Source of the DNA: an uncultured Flavobacteriales bacterium
GTDB taxonomy: Bacteria > Bacteroidota > Bacteroidia > Flavobacteriales_D > Crocinitomicaceae
Direction of reading: 5' to 3'
DNA: 64,000 nt
NCBI GenBank assembly: GCA_943846635.1
Contig: OX044359.1
Coordinates: forward strand, 529,689-593,688
Positions 39,546 to 49,268 of the stretch are shown piece by piece. Position numbers and translations under genes: made by a program. The notes beneath the pieces are model-generated. The model worked only from the letters and a program-made list of their open reading frames with translations, searched no databases and was not told the origin of the DNA. The first letter of the stretch is position 1; each line of letters opens with the position of its first letter.

Positions 39546-40160
39546 TTAGAATAATCCGTTGATCTCAGCATCAATTGCATTGATGATCTTCCCTAAATCT
39601 TCTTGATCATTTGGGAAGTTGTTATTGTCTACATCAATAACCAACAATTTACCTTTATCATACGTAGAAATCCAAGCTTCATAGCGCTCGTTCAATCGCT
39701 TCAAGTAGTCTAAACGAATACTTTCTTCATAATCACGACCTCTTTTTTGAATTTGGTTAACCAAGGTAGGAACACTAGCTCTCAAATAAATCAACAAATC
39801 TGGAGAAGAAACAAAAGAATCCATCAAGTTGAAAAGAGAGAAATAATTTTCAAAATCTCTAGTTGTCATTAAGCCCATAGAATGAAGATTTGGAGCAAAA
39901 ATAAATGCATCCTCATAAATTGTTCTATCCTGAATAACTGTATTTTCAGTTTTTTGAATTTCTTGAATCTGTGTGAATCTGCTATTCAGATAATAGATTT
40001 GCAGATTAAACGACCAACGCTGCATGTCTTCATAAAAGTCATTCAAATATGGATTTTGCTCAACGTCTTCAAAATGGGTGTCCCATCCAAAATGTTTGGC
40101 TAACATACGTGTTAATGTTGTTTTTCCTGATCCTATATTTCCTGCTATTGCAATATGCAT
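39546..40160 (-). CDS. deoxynucleoside kinase
   Basis: P-loop AGNIGSGKTT and a DRTIYED motif. 204 aa. Confidence 0.85.
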   Translation of the reverse strand: MHIAIAGNIGSGKTTLTRMLAKHFGWDTHFEDVEQNPYLNDFYEDMQRWSFNLQIYYLNSRFTQIQEIQKTENTVIQDRTIYEDAFIFAPNLHSMGLMTTRDFENYFSLFNLMDSFVSSPDLLIYLRASVPTLVNQIQKRGRDYEESIRLDYLKRLNERYEAWISTYDKGKLLVIDVDNNNFPNDQEDLGKIINAIDAEINGLF

Positions 40161-40218
40161 TGTTCGATTGTTTTTGGTCTGACTAAATTACAAACTTTGC
40201 GAAAAGAACCAAGGTTTT

Positions 40219-41034
40219 TTAATGGAATACTAGCTCAAATTTATGAACAGTGTTTTTTGCTCTCAAATAAAAGTTTCCATTCTGAATTTGAAAATCAAAA
40301 ACCTTATCAATTGGGAGTTTGACACTTATTTTTTCTTCTGTATCTATTGATCTGATTTTCAGCGCCCCTTCTATTAATGTGTATAAAGTGGATCCTACAA
40401 CTGCGAATTGTTGAATACTTTTCCCTGGAATAAAGTCAAGAAGTGATCCGTAAAGGTCAAAAACATAAATTCCTTGTGTTTCATCTAATAAATACAACCG
40501 ACTTCCATGCTCCTTGATGTCAGAAATGTTTTCAATGTTCAATGTTCCCTTTAGATTACTGATTTGTTGTTCTTGAATTAATTTATCTAACGAAAACAGA
40601 CTTAGCGTTGAATTAAGGTTATCCAGCACCCAAATTTTATTCGGCTGGCTTGATCCAGATACTAACGAAGCATTAATCACACCTTCATCTGAGAGTTCAA
40701 CACAATCATCCATTTCAGACAAGGTATTATCAAAATAACATAATGTTTGTTGCTCCTCTGAAAAATGGATCAGTTTCATTGTGTTCACCAAAACCAGTTG
40801 TGACATTCTACCCAAACGCTTAATGCTTTGGGAGAATTGTAGGTTAGCATCTTGATCGAATTTCTTGATCGAATTTCCATTTGAAGCATAAACATTTTCG
40901 AAGGCATCCACTTCCCAAAGAGCACTTTCTGCAATCTGAAACTCTCCTTTTTTTTTCCATTCATAAGCGATAGAATCTTGCCCAAAACTGGTCCAAGAAA
41001 GAGTCGACAAAAAGAAAAATAAAACTGTTTTCAT
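40219..41034 (-). CDS. hypothetical secreted protein (271 aa)
   Basis: Signal peptide MKTVLFFFLSTLSWTSFGQ. The start overlaps the GH3 gene stop by 4 nt. Confidence 0.6.
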   Translation of the reverse strand: MKTVLFFFLSTLSWTSFGQDSIAYEWKKKGEFQIAESALWEVDAFENVYASNGNSIKKFDQDANLQFSQSIKRLGRMSQLVLVNTMKLIHFSEEQQTLCYFDNTLSEMDDCVELSDEGVINASLVSGSSQPNKIWVLDNLNSTLSLFSLDKLIQEQQISNLKGTLNIENISDIKEHGSRLYLLDETQGIYVFDLYGSLLDFIPGKSIQQFAVVGSTLYTLIEGALKIRSIDTEEKISVKLPIDKVFDFQIQNGNFYLRAKNTVHKFELVFH

Positions 41035-42557
41035 TTTTTTAATGATTTCATCCCATCAATTTGCAATAGTTGTTCCAAAAGAGATCTATCGTTGCGCAAT
41101 CTCGGTATTTTATTTTGACCACCCAATTTTTTATTATCATTGAGCCACATATCAAAAGTTCCTCGAGCAGCTATTCTAACAACGGGTAATTTAAGCACCA
41201 TATTGTTAGTGCGTTTTGCTTCGTAATCAGAATTAAGCTTACAAAGAGCTTGATCCAAAACTGATGTAAACGTCTCCAAAGAATCTGGTTCGGTTGTAAA
41301 TTCAATCAACCATTCATGACTTCCTTTATTAGTGCCATCCATAAATATAGGTGCCACAGAGTATTCTTTAATTTGCGCACCTGTGGACTTTGACGCTTCG
41401 GCAATTGCTACATCAGAATTTTCGACAATCAACTCTTCTCCAAAACAATTGATAAAACTACCTACTCTTCCGGTTATTTTAAATCGAAAAGGAAGCAATG
41501 AAGTAAATTTTATAGTATCTCCAAGAATATATCTCCAAAGACCTGCATTGGTCGTAATCACCAAAGCATAATTCACGCCGAGTTCAACCTCTCTTAAGTT
41601 CAAAACTCTTTTAGAATTCACACCGTCAAAATCATCCATTGGAATGAATTCATAAAAAATACCGTAATCCAACATCAATAACATCTCGTCTGAATCCTTT
41701 TGATCTTGAATGCCAAAAAATCCTTCTGAAGCATTATAGGTTTGAACATAGTTCATTTCTGGGTCGGGAATCAACCGTTTGAATTCTTCACGATATGGCT
41801 CAAAACTGACCCCTCCATGCATAAACAACTCAAGATTAGGCCAAACTTCTTTTAGGTTTTTCTTTCCAGTTATTTCTAACACTTTATTTGCAAGAACCAT
41901 TGTCCAACTGGGAACTCCTGCAATAATACAGACATCTTCTTTAATAGTCGATTCTGCCATTTTCTCTATTTTCTCTTCCCAGTTGGTCATCAACGCAATC
42001 TCACGAGAAGGTGTTCTTCTTCGTTCGATATACCAAGGCAAATTCTTAACAATAATTGCAGATAAATCACCAAAATAAGAATCTTCAGACAGTTGATTAA
42101 TCTCGGCACTACCCCCAATAATTAAATGCTTACTATTATATAGTTTGCGATTGGGATGAAGATCATAATACATTGCCAAAAGGTCTTTACCTCCTTTATA
42201 ATGACAATCCTCTAAAGCTTCTTTTGTAACTGGAATAAACTTACTCTTACTAGTTGTTCCGGATGACTTTGCAAACCATTTTGTTTCTTCTGGCCAAAGT
42301 AAACTTTTCTCTCCTTCCATAGCCCGGTCAATCCATAACTTGGCATTATCATACGTCTGAAGTGGAATGTTTTTCCGGTAATCTTCGTAAGAATTGACCA
42401 TTCCAAAATCATTTATTGCACCATAGGTCGTAGTAATTGATTTACGAATCAAATTCCCAAATAATTCTTCTTGCACTTGGTGAGGATACTTCCGAAAAAG
42501 ATCAATTTGATGAATTCTTTTCTTCATCATCCAAGTAAAAATAGAATTAAAAGGCAT
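41031..42557 (-). CDS. GH3 (auxin-responsive promoter) family adenylate-forming enzyme
   Basis: 508 aa. Adenylation motif AKSSGTTSKSKFIPVT. The N-terminus is typical of bacterial GH3 proteins. Confidence 0.8.
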   Translation of the reverse strand: MPFNSIFTWMMKKRIHQIDLFRKYPHQVQEELFGNLIRKSITTTYGAINDFGMVNSYEDYRKNIPLQTYDNAKLWIDRAMEGEKSLLWPEETKWFAKSSGTTSKSKFIPVTKEALEDCHYKGGKDLLAMYYDLHPNRKLYNSKHLIIGGSAEINQLSEDSYFGDLSAIIVKNLPWYIERRRTPSREIALMTNWEEKIEKMAESTIKEDVCIIAGVPSWTMVLANKVLEITGKKNLKEVWPNLELFMHGGVSFEPYREEFKRLIPDPEMNYVQTYNASEGFFGIQDQKDSDEMLLMLDYGIFYEFIPMDDFDGVNSKRVLNLREVELGVNYALVITTNAGLWRYILGDTIKFTSLLPFRFKITGRVGSFINCFGEELIVENSDVAIAEASKSTGAQIKEYSVAPIFMDGTNKGSHEWLIEFTTEPDSLETFTSVLDQALCKLNSDYEAKRTNNMVLKLPVVRIAARGTFDMWLNDNKKLGGQNKIPRLRNDRSLLEQLLQIDGMKSLKK

Positions 42558-42631
42558 TAAAATGATTTGGGTTTAAACAAAAAAATCCCATTCGTCAATG
42601 ACGGACAGGACTTAAAATATAATTCTTCTTT

Positions 42632-42730
42632 CTAACCGAAAGCGATAATAGAACTGATGATTGCAATTAACGCAATTGTAACAATTGTACCTAAAGCTAC
42701 TGTTGATCTTTCGAAATGTGTATTTGACAT
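42632..42730 (-). CDS. possible 32-aa hydrophobic micro-protein (MSNTHFERSTVALGTIVTIALIAIISSIIAFG)
   Basis: ATG-initiated ORF below the track size cutoff, encoding one TM-like helix. Co-directional with its neighbours. No homology information. Confidence 0.3.
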   Translation of the reverse strand: MSNTHFERSTVALGTIVTIALIAIISSIIAFG

Positions 42731-42771
42731 GATGTTCTTTTTTTCAAATTTATGAAACTTTCTTTAAATAT

Positions 42772-43485
42772 TTAATCTCTTCCTCCAATAATATTCAATA
42801 ATGACATGAAAAGATTGATAAAGAGAATGTACAATTGCAATCCACCGACTAAAGCTAATTTGCTTCTATCTATTCCCGAAAGCGACGTATCCGAAGCAAT
42901 TCCTTTCAGTTTTTGCATATAGTAAGCCGTTAAACCCGTAAAAACAAAGACACCAATTATCGAAATAACATACCCTAAAAAATCACTTCCAATCCACATG
43001 TTTGCAATTCCAGCAATAAAAATACCGATGAACCCCATATACATTAGACTTCCAAACTTGGTTAAATCCGTTTGAGTTGTATAACCCAATATTGCCATTC
43101 CACCAAAAGCACCTGCAGTAACAAAAAATGTCACCGCTACATCTTGTCCTGAATATACCAAAAGCACAGTGCTTAAACTCAAGCCCATTAGACCTGAGAA
43201 AACAGCAAAAAGTAGTAGCAATAAGCCAAATGACAACCTTTGATACATCATCTGAATCAGCAAACCTAATCCAACCGGTGCGAAGGAGACAACATAAAAA
43301 AGAGGAGATATCCCTGTTCCATCTGCTTTTAGGAAATGTTCTGCGAAAAATTCAGGAGTACCATACGTATAGGCTATCAATCCTGAAATCATTAACCCCC
43401 CGAACATATAACCGTAAACATTCTTAAAAAAGTCTCGTGTAATTTCTTTCGAGTATGCCTGATCTTGGTCTAATATTGTATTCAT
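42772..43485 (-). CDS. Bax inhibitor-1 / YccA family membrane protein
   Basis: 237 aa with 7 hydrophobic helices and the N-terminal FFKNVYGYM motif typical of the family. Confidence 0.85.
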   Translation of the reverse strand: MNTILDQDQAYSKEITRDFFKNVYGYMFGGLMISGLIAYTYGTPEFFAEHFLKADGTGISPLFYVVSFAPVGLGLLIQMMYQRLSFGLLLLLFAVFSGLMGLSLSTVLLVYSGQDVAVTFFVTAGAFGGMAILGYTTQTDLTKFGSLMYMGFIGIFIAGIANMWIGSDFLGYVISIIGVFVFTGLTAYYMQKLKGIASDTSLSGIDRSKLALVGGLQLYILFINLFMSLLNIIGGRD

Positions 43486-43486
43486 C

Positions 43487-44083
43487 TTAATGTAATTTTG
43501 CTTGAATCAAATTAATAAATTCCTTTCGTGTTGAGTCATTTGTCATGAACAACCCTGTAAAGGCGCTTGAAGTGGTAACAGAATTTTGCTTTTGAACACC
43601 CCTCATCTGCATGCACATATGGGATGCTTCGATTACAACGGCGACACCTTTTGGATTCAGTACCCGCTGAATTGCATCCCTAATTTCTAACGTTAATCTT
43701 TCTTGCACTTGCAATCTTCTTGAATATGCATCAACAACGCGAGGGATTTTACTTAACCCAACTATTTTACCATCTGGAATATAAGCAACGTGTGCTTTAC
43801 CAAAAAAAGGCAGCATATGATGTTCGCATAGAGAATAAACTTCAATATCTTTAACAATCACCATTTCAGAATACTCTTCATGAAAAATTGCTTGATTTAA
43901 AATCTCATCAGCATCCAAATCATAGCCATGCGTTAAAAACTGCATTGCTTTTGATGCCCTTTCTGGAGTTTTAAGCAAACCTTCACGGCTTGAATCTTCT
44001 CCTAATTTGTCGATGACAGTTTTGAAACTCTTCGAAAGAGTCTCTGTTACCTCATCATCATATATATGTTCTGTTAATTTCAT
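43487..44083 (-). CDS. folE: GTP cyclohydrolase I
   Basis: Motif [12 protein letters not shown] and a C-terminal HMCMQMRGV. Confidence 0.92.
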   Translation of the reverse strand: MKLTEHIYDDEVTETLSKSFKTVIDKLGEDSSREGLLKTPERASKAMQFLTHGYDLDADEILNQAIFHEEYSEMVIVKDIEVYSLCEHHMLPFFGKAHVAYIPDGKIVGLSKIPRVVDAYSRRLQVQERLTLEIRDAIQRVLNPKGVAVVIEASHMCMQMRGVQKQNSVTTSSAFTGLFMTNDSTRKEFINLIQAKLH

Positions 44084-44092
44084 CTTTCTCTA

Positions 44093-44524
44093 TTAATATG
44101 GCATTTCACCACCAAAGTATTCCACGTAATTATTTTCCGTTTCTACCAGTTTTATTTTTGCTAATTCACCACCCGCATCTTCAATTGGCTGTTTAATTCG
44201 CTCCCAAACTTGAATGACAACGTTTTCTGTTGAGACCAGCAGTCCCTTCAAAAACGGAACGTCAAGATTAAGATTTTTATGATCTAGAGGCTCTATAACC
44301 TCCTGCTTGATAATCTCACTCAAATCTTTAAGGTTGATGACAAATCCAGTTTCCGGATTAGGTACACCTTTTACAGTAACATAAATTGTAAAATTATGTC
44401 CATGCCAATTATGATTACTGCATTTCCCAAACACCTCATCATTCTTCTTCTCAGACCACTCTTCTCTATAAAGCTTGTGCGCCGCGTTAAAGGATTCCCT
44501 TCTTGTTATGTATACTGCTTTCAC
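44093..44524 (-). CDS. queD: 6-carboxytetrahydropterin / 6-pyruvoyl-tetrahydropterin synthase
   Basis: Motifs FNAAHKL and CSNHNWHGHNF. 143 aa. Confidence 0.8.
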   Translation of the reverse strand: MKAVYITRRESFNAAHKLYREEWSEKKNDEVFGKCSNHNWHGHNFTIYVTVKGVPNPETGFVINLKDLSEIIKQEVIEPLDHKNLNLDVPFLKGLLVSTENVVIQVWERIKQPIEDAGGELAKIKLVETENNYVEYFGGEMPY

Positions 44525-44651
44525 TTTCTTAAATTAAAGTACAAATATAGTGAAATTCAATGGTGCATTAAATCTGTAGATTGACAATTATACATGAAAA
44601 ACAGTTTTATTTTTTTTCTAATTAAGAATGATTCAAAATAAGAGGTTTTCG

Positions 44652-44659
44652 TATCTTTG
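44652..44659 (+). promoter_or_regulatory. candidate -7 box (TATCTTTG) abutting the sufS start
   Basis: TAnnTTTG match ending 5 nt before the ATG at 44665. Confidence 0.3.
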
Positions 44660-44664
44660 TACCT

Positions 44665-45903
44665 ATGATTGTAGAAAACGAAAAAATTCCTTTTGACATT
44701 AATGCAATTCGTGCAGAATTTCCTGTTTTGAAGCAGAAAATTTATGGAAAGGATTTAATCTATTTTGACAATGGGGCAACTTCACAAAAGCCTCAGGTTG
44801 TCTTGGATGCAATTAATAAATATTATAGCCAAGAAAACTCAAATATTCACAGAGGTGTTCATCATTTAAGTCAAGTTGCTACTTCGCATTATGAAGAAGC
44901 TAGAACAATTATTCAAAAATATATCAATGCACCTTTACAAGAGGAAGTATTGTTTAATTCTGGCACTACCGCTGGTATAAATATGGTTGCCTTTTGTTTT
45001 GGAGAATTATTGACTGAAGGTGATGAAATTGTGATTTCTGCGATGGAGCACCATTCGAACATCGTTCCATGGCAAATGCTTTGTGAACGTAAAAAATGTA
45101 TTTTAAAGGTAATCCCAATGACCAAAAAGGGAGAACTTGAAATGGATGTTTTCGATAATTTATTGAGTAACAAAACGAAATTGGTTGCTGTTTCTCACAT
45201 ATCTAATTCTTTAGGAACAATAAATCCAATAGAAGAAATCATTGAAAAAGCACATGACATTGGTGCAAAGGTTTTAATCGATGGCGCGCAAAGTATTCAG
45301 CACATGAAAGTGGATGTACAAGCATTAGATTGTGATTTTTACGCTTTTTCCGGACACAAAGTTTTCGGCCCAACAGGAGTTGGTGTGTTGTATGGTAAAA
45401 AAGAAATTCTAGATTCAATGCCTCCTTATCAAGGTGGTGGTGATATGATTTCTAAGGTTACTTTTGAAAAGACAACATACAATACCCTTCCACATAAATT
45501 TGAGGCCGGGACTCCACACATTGCTGGAGGAATTTGCCTTGGGACAGCTATTGAATATTTATCAAAACTTGATATTGATGCCATTCAAAAACATGAGTAT
45601 GAATTAGCTCAATACGCAGAACAAGAATTACTTAATATTGATGGGTTACGCATAATCGGAACTGCAAAAAATAAAACAAGCGTTGTTTCTTTCGTTATTG
45701 AAGGGATTCATCCTTTTGATATAGGAACACTGTTAGATAAGCAAGGTATAGCAGTCAGAACTGGTCATCATTGCACACAGCCGGTAATGTCATTTTTTGA
45801 AATACCAGGAACCATAAGAGCTTCTTTTGCTTTCTATAACACGAAGAACGAAATAGACATTTTCATTAAGGCGGTGAATAGAAGTCTAGAAATGCTGAGA
45901 TAA
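44665..45903 (+). CDS. sufS: cysteine desulfurase (SufS type)
   Basis: PLP-Lys motif FSGHKVFGPTGVGVLYG and catalytic Cys loop RTGHHCTQP. Confidence 0.92.
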   Translation: MIVENEKIPFDINAIRAEFPVLKQKIYGKDLIYFDNGATSQKPQVVLDAINKYYSQENSNIHRGVHHLSQVATSHYEEARTIIQKYINAPLQEEVLFNSGTTAGINMVAFCFGELLTEGDEIVISAMEHHSNIVPWQMLCERKKCILKVIPMTKKGELEMDVFDNLLSNKTKLVAVSHISNSLGTINPIEEIIEKAHDIGAKVLIDGAQSIQHMKVDVQALDCDFYAFSGHKVFGPTGVGVLYGKKEILDSMPPYQGGGDMISKVTFEKTTYNTLPHKFEAGTPHIAGGICLGTAIEYLSKLDIDAIQKHEYELAQYAEQELLNIDGLRIIGTAKNKTSVVSFVIEGIHPFDIGTLLDKQGIAVRTGHHCTQPVMSFFEIPGTIRASFAFYNTKNEIDIFIKAVNRSLEMLR

Positions 45904-45912
45904 AAAGACGGA

Positions 45913-46323
45913 ATGACTTTAGAAGAAAAACAAATACAAATAGTTGAGGAATTCGGCATCTTTGATGATTGGATGGACAAGTATGAGTATATAATTGAGC
46001 TAGGGAAAGAATTGCCTATAATTGAAGAAGCAGATAAATCAGATGATAAGCTAATAGAAGGTTGTCAATCTCGTGTTTGGCTTGACTCTTCAATGGAGGG
46101 GGATAAAATGAAATTTGTAGCTGATTCCGACGCAATAATAACAAAAGGAATCATCGGTTTATTAATTAGAGTAATGAACAATGAGACACCGAAAACAATC
46201 GCTACGGCAGATTTACACTTTATAGCTGACATTGGATTACAAGAGCACCTTTCCCCTACTCGCGCAAACGGGTTAGCAAGCATGGTGCAAAAATTAAAAA
46301 TGAGTGCTTTAAAAGCCATTTAA
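45913..46323 (+). CDS. sufE: SufE-like sulfur acceptor
   Basis: Motif EGCQSRVW. 136 aa. Confidence 0.85.
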   Translation: MTLEEKQIQIVEEFGIFDDWMDKYEYIIELGKELPIIEEADKSDDKLIEGCQSRVWLDSSMEGDKMKFVADSDAIITKGIIGLLIRVMNNETPKTIATADLHFIADIGLQEHLSPTRANGLASMVQKLKMSALKAI

Positions 46324-46333
46324 GAAGAAATAA

Positions 46334-46639
46334 ATGAACGATTTAGAAAATAAAGTAGTAGAGATCTTAAAGACAATTTACGATCCGGAAATTCCTGTTG
46401 ATGTATTTGAGCTTGGTTTAATCTACGAAGTCAAAATCGATAAAGAAACAAATGTTGCAATCGAAATGACTTTGACTTCACCAAACTGTCCAGTTGCTGA
46501 ATCTATGCCAAAAGAAATTGAAGATAAAGTAGCGGCAGATGATGCTTTTAAATCCGCAAAAGTTAACATCGTCTTTGATCCACCTTGGGATAAAGATATG
46601 ATGAGTGAAGAAGCACAATTAGAGTTAGGATTTCTATAG
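46334..46639 (+). CDS. DUF59 (SufT-like) Fe-S assembly protein
   Basis: Motifs DPEIPVDVFELGLIY and LTSPNCPVAE. Confidence 0.8.
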   Translation: MNDLENKVVEILKTIYDPEIPVDVFELGLIYEVKIDKETNVAIEMTLTSPNCPVAESMPKEIEDKVAADDAFKSAKVNIVFDPPWDKDMMSEEAQLELGFL

Positions 46640-46649
46640 ATAAAATATT

Positions 46650-47897
46650 ATGAGAAGAGTTGTTGTAACTGGAATGGGTGCTTTGACCCCTATCGGAAAT
46701 ACTTTGGAAGATTTTTGGAAAAACCTCCAAGATGGTATCAGTGGAGCTGGAACAATCACAAAATTTAACACTGAAAAATTTAGATCAAAAATAGCTTGCG
46801 AAGTAAAAGACTTCGACCCTAAAGATCATTTTCATGTGAAAGAAATCAGAAAATATGATCCGTTCTCTCAATATGCCTTATATGCGGTTGATCAAGCTTT
46901 AACAAATGGTCATATTGATTTCGAAGGTTTAAACAAAGATAGAATAGGTGTTATTTGGGGGTCTGGAAACGGAGGTATTCAATCCTTCCAAGACCAAATG
47001 AAAGAATATTGTGAGGGAGACGGAACACCTCGATTCACACCGTTTTTTATACCCAGAATATTAGTTGATATCGCATCAGGTATTATTTCTATCAAATACG
47101 GATTAAGAGGCGTTAATTTCTGTCCAGTATCTGCTTGTGCAACTTCAAATACGGCATTAATTGAAGCTTTTAACTACATCAAGTGGGACAAAGCGGACAT
47201 GATTGTATCTGGTGGTTCAGAAGCCGCAATAACAGAGTCAGCAATGGGAGGATTCGCATCAGCTCGTGCATTATCAATGAGAAATGATGACCCAAAAACA
47301 GCCTCACGTCCATTTGATGTGAACAGAGATGGTTTTGTCATGGGAGAAGGCGCAGGCGCTATAATTCTTGAAGAATATGAACATGCGAAAAAACGTGGAG
47401 CGACTATTTATGGGGAAGTAGTTGGTGGAGGTCAAGCAGCAGATGCATATCACTTAACAGGAACTCATCCTGATGGTGATGGAGCAGTTTTAGGAATGAA
47501 AGAAGCGATGCGTGAAGCCGGATTAAAAGCAGAAGACATCGACTATGTCAACATGCATGCAACGTCTACACCACAAGGTGATAATAGTGAATTAAAAGCG
47601 GTTGAACGAATTTTTGGAACAGATTCAAAAGTTTCTGTTTCTGGAACTAAGTCGATGACTGGACATTTACTTGGCGCTGCAGGTGCCATTGAAGGTATCG
47701 CAAGCGTAATGGCTTTAAAAGATGGTGTGGTTCCTCCAACAATTAACACAGAAGAAATAGAACCTGAATTTAAGAATAAGTTCGATTTCCCTCTAGGAAA
47801 AGGAAAAAAGAAAGAAATGATGTATGCTATGAGCAACACTTTTGGTTTTGGAGGACATATTGCCTCTATTATTTTTAAAAAATATACAGAGAATTAA
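46650..47897 (+). CDS. fabF: beta-ketoacyl-ACP synthase II
   Basis: Motifs SACATSNTA, HATSTPQGD and TGHLLGAAG. Confidence 0.92.
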   Translation: MRRVVVTGMGALTPIGNTLEDFWKNLQDGISGAGTITKFNTEKFRSKIACEVKDFDPKDHFHVKEIRKYDPFSQYALYAVDQALTNGHIDFEGLNKDRIGVIWGSGNGGIQSFQDQMKEYCEGDGTPRFTPFFIPRILVDIASGIISIKYGLRGVNFCPVSACATSNTALIEAFNYIKWDKADMIVSGGSEAAITESAMGGFASARALSMRNDDPKTASRPFDVNRDGFVMGEGAGAIILEEYEHAKKRGATIYGEVVGGGQAADAYHLTGTHPDGDGAVLGMKEAMREAGLKAEDIDYVNMHATSTPQGDNSELKAVERIFGTDSKVSVSGTKSMTGHLLGAAGAIEGIASVMALKDGVVPPTINTEEIEPEFKNKFDFPLGKGKKKEMMYAMSNTFGFGGHIASIIFKKYTEN

Positions 47898-49243
47898 ACC
47901 TCTTTTTTGCGAAAAGTTAGTTCATAAACAGCTCCATTATCGTTGTAGAATTTAACCTGCCCTTCTATTTGCTCTACCAAACTCTTGATTAACCTAAGAC
48001 CGAGTGAGCTTACTGTTTCTATATCTGTTCTCTCCGGAAAACCAGGTCCATTATCTTTAAAACGAAAGTTAAAAGAACCATTTTTATTTGCTCTTACTTT
48101 TATCTTAAAGTGACTATTCTCATCTCCCGGAAAACATGCATATTTAAAAAAGTTTGTCACGACCTCATTAATAATTAAGCCAAGCGGAATTGCTGTTTCT
48201 AGATCGATCGTAAGACTCCTTTCAACCTCAATAAAATTTTGATGAGTTTTATGCAAATACAAATCTTGAATGTTATCAACTAGTTGAGCAATGTACTCAT
48301 CCAACCCAATTTCTGTAAAGTTAGAAGCTTGATACATTTTTTGGTGAACCAAAGCCATTGAAAGAACTCTATTTTGAGTTTCACTTAAGGCTTCTTCGAT
48401 ATCTTTATCTTCAAATTTTGTTCGCTGTAAATTGATTAAACTTATAATGATTTGAAGATTGTTTTTCACCCTATGATGCACTTCTTGCAATAAAACTTCT
48501 TTCTCATTATTTTGTATTTCTAGGACATTTCTTTGACTTGATATTCTTGATGTCCTTTTCATTATGGTCTCTTCTAATTTTTGCCTATTCTCAATTAGAT
48601 CATTGGTTGTTGCGGTTAGTTTTCTCAGCAGAATTTCATTTCCCTCTAACGTGGAAGACAACTCCCTTTCGGTTTTAAGATTCAACTTTATGATGAAAAT
48701 AATGAAAATGAAATTTATGCACGTAAAACTTAAAATATTGGTAATTCTTGAAACTTGAATGAAAGGGTGGCTTGAAAAATCTGGAGCATTGAATAATCCA
48801 AATTCACCGATAAAAAGACTAAACATTGTTAATCCTAGACCTAAAAAAATCGCGATTTTTTCTTTCTTTAAATCAAAAACAATTAGACTAAATAAAAATA
48901 TTGTAATTGCTCCAACATGAAAATATCCTGCACCACCAAGATAAGTTGTCATAAAAGCTCCAAACAAATAAATAAAGAACAGCGAAACCGTCTTTGTGAT
49001 CTGAAAATAGCCTTTTGACGAAAAGTAAATACAAATTCCAATCACTGCTGTGATACTGAGATACGATAGAGAAAAAGCCCCAATAAATGGCCAGACAAAG
49101 AAAATTTGAGAAATTGTTGCAAAAAAACCAATAATCATAGCTTGATTGTAAAAAATGATTTGCTTTTTCTCAATTGAAGAAATGTTCATTCCTTTTGGAA
49201 TTCCAAAACTTGATATTTTAACTAAAATCCCTTTAAATGTCAT
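47894..49243 (-). CDS. membrane sensor histidine kinase (HisKA_2 type)
   Basis: About 6 N-terminal TM helices, a coiled coil, the H-box EVHHRVKNNLQIIISLINLQ and an HATPase_c tail (DNGPGFP). Confidence 0.8.
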   Translation of the reverse strand: MTFKGILVKISSFGIPKGMNISSIEKKQIIFYNQAMIIGFFATISQIFFVWPFIGAFSLSYLSITAVIGICIYFSSKGYFQITKTVSLFFIYLFGAFMTTYLGGAGYFHVGAITIFLFSLIVFDLKKEKIAIFLGLGLTMFSLFIGEFGLFNAPDFSSHPFIQVSRITNILSFTCINFIFIIFIIKLNLKTERELSSTLEGNEILLRKLTATTNDLIENRQKLEETIMKRTSRISSQRNVLEIQNNEKEVLLQEVHHRVKNNLQIIISLINLQRTKFEDKDIEEALSETQNRVLSMALVHQKMYQASNFTEIGLDEYIAQLVDNIQDLYLHKTHQNFIEVERSLTIDLETAIPLGLIINEVVTNFFKYACFPGDENSHFKIKVRANKNGSFNFRFKDNGPGFPERTDIETVSSLGLRLIKSLVEQIEGQVKFYNDNGAVYELTFRKKEV

Positions 49244-49268
49244 ACTTCTTTAAATTCATTTAGTTCAT

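Noticed and set aside
47894-47897. Convergent genes with overlapping stop codons (fabF and the kinase here; the two aminotransferases at 28894-28897)
   Set aside because: This is common in compact genomes. No hairpin or other signal suggests a specific regulatory mechanism.
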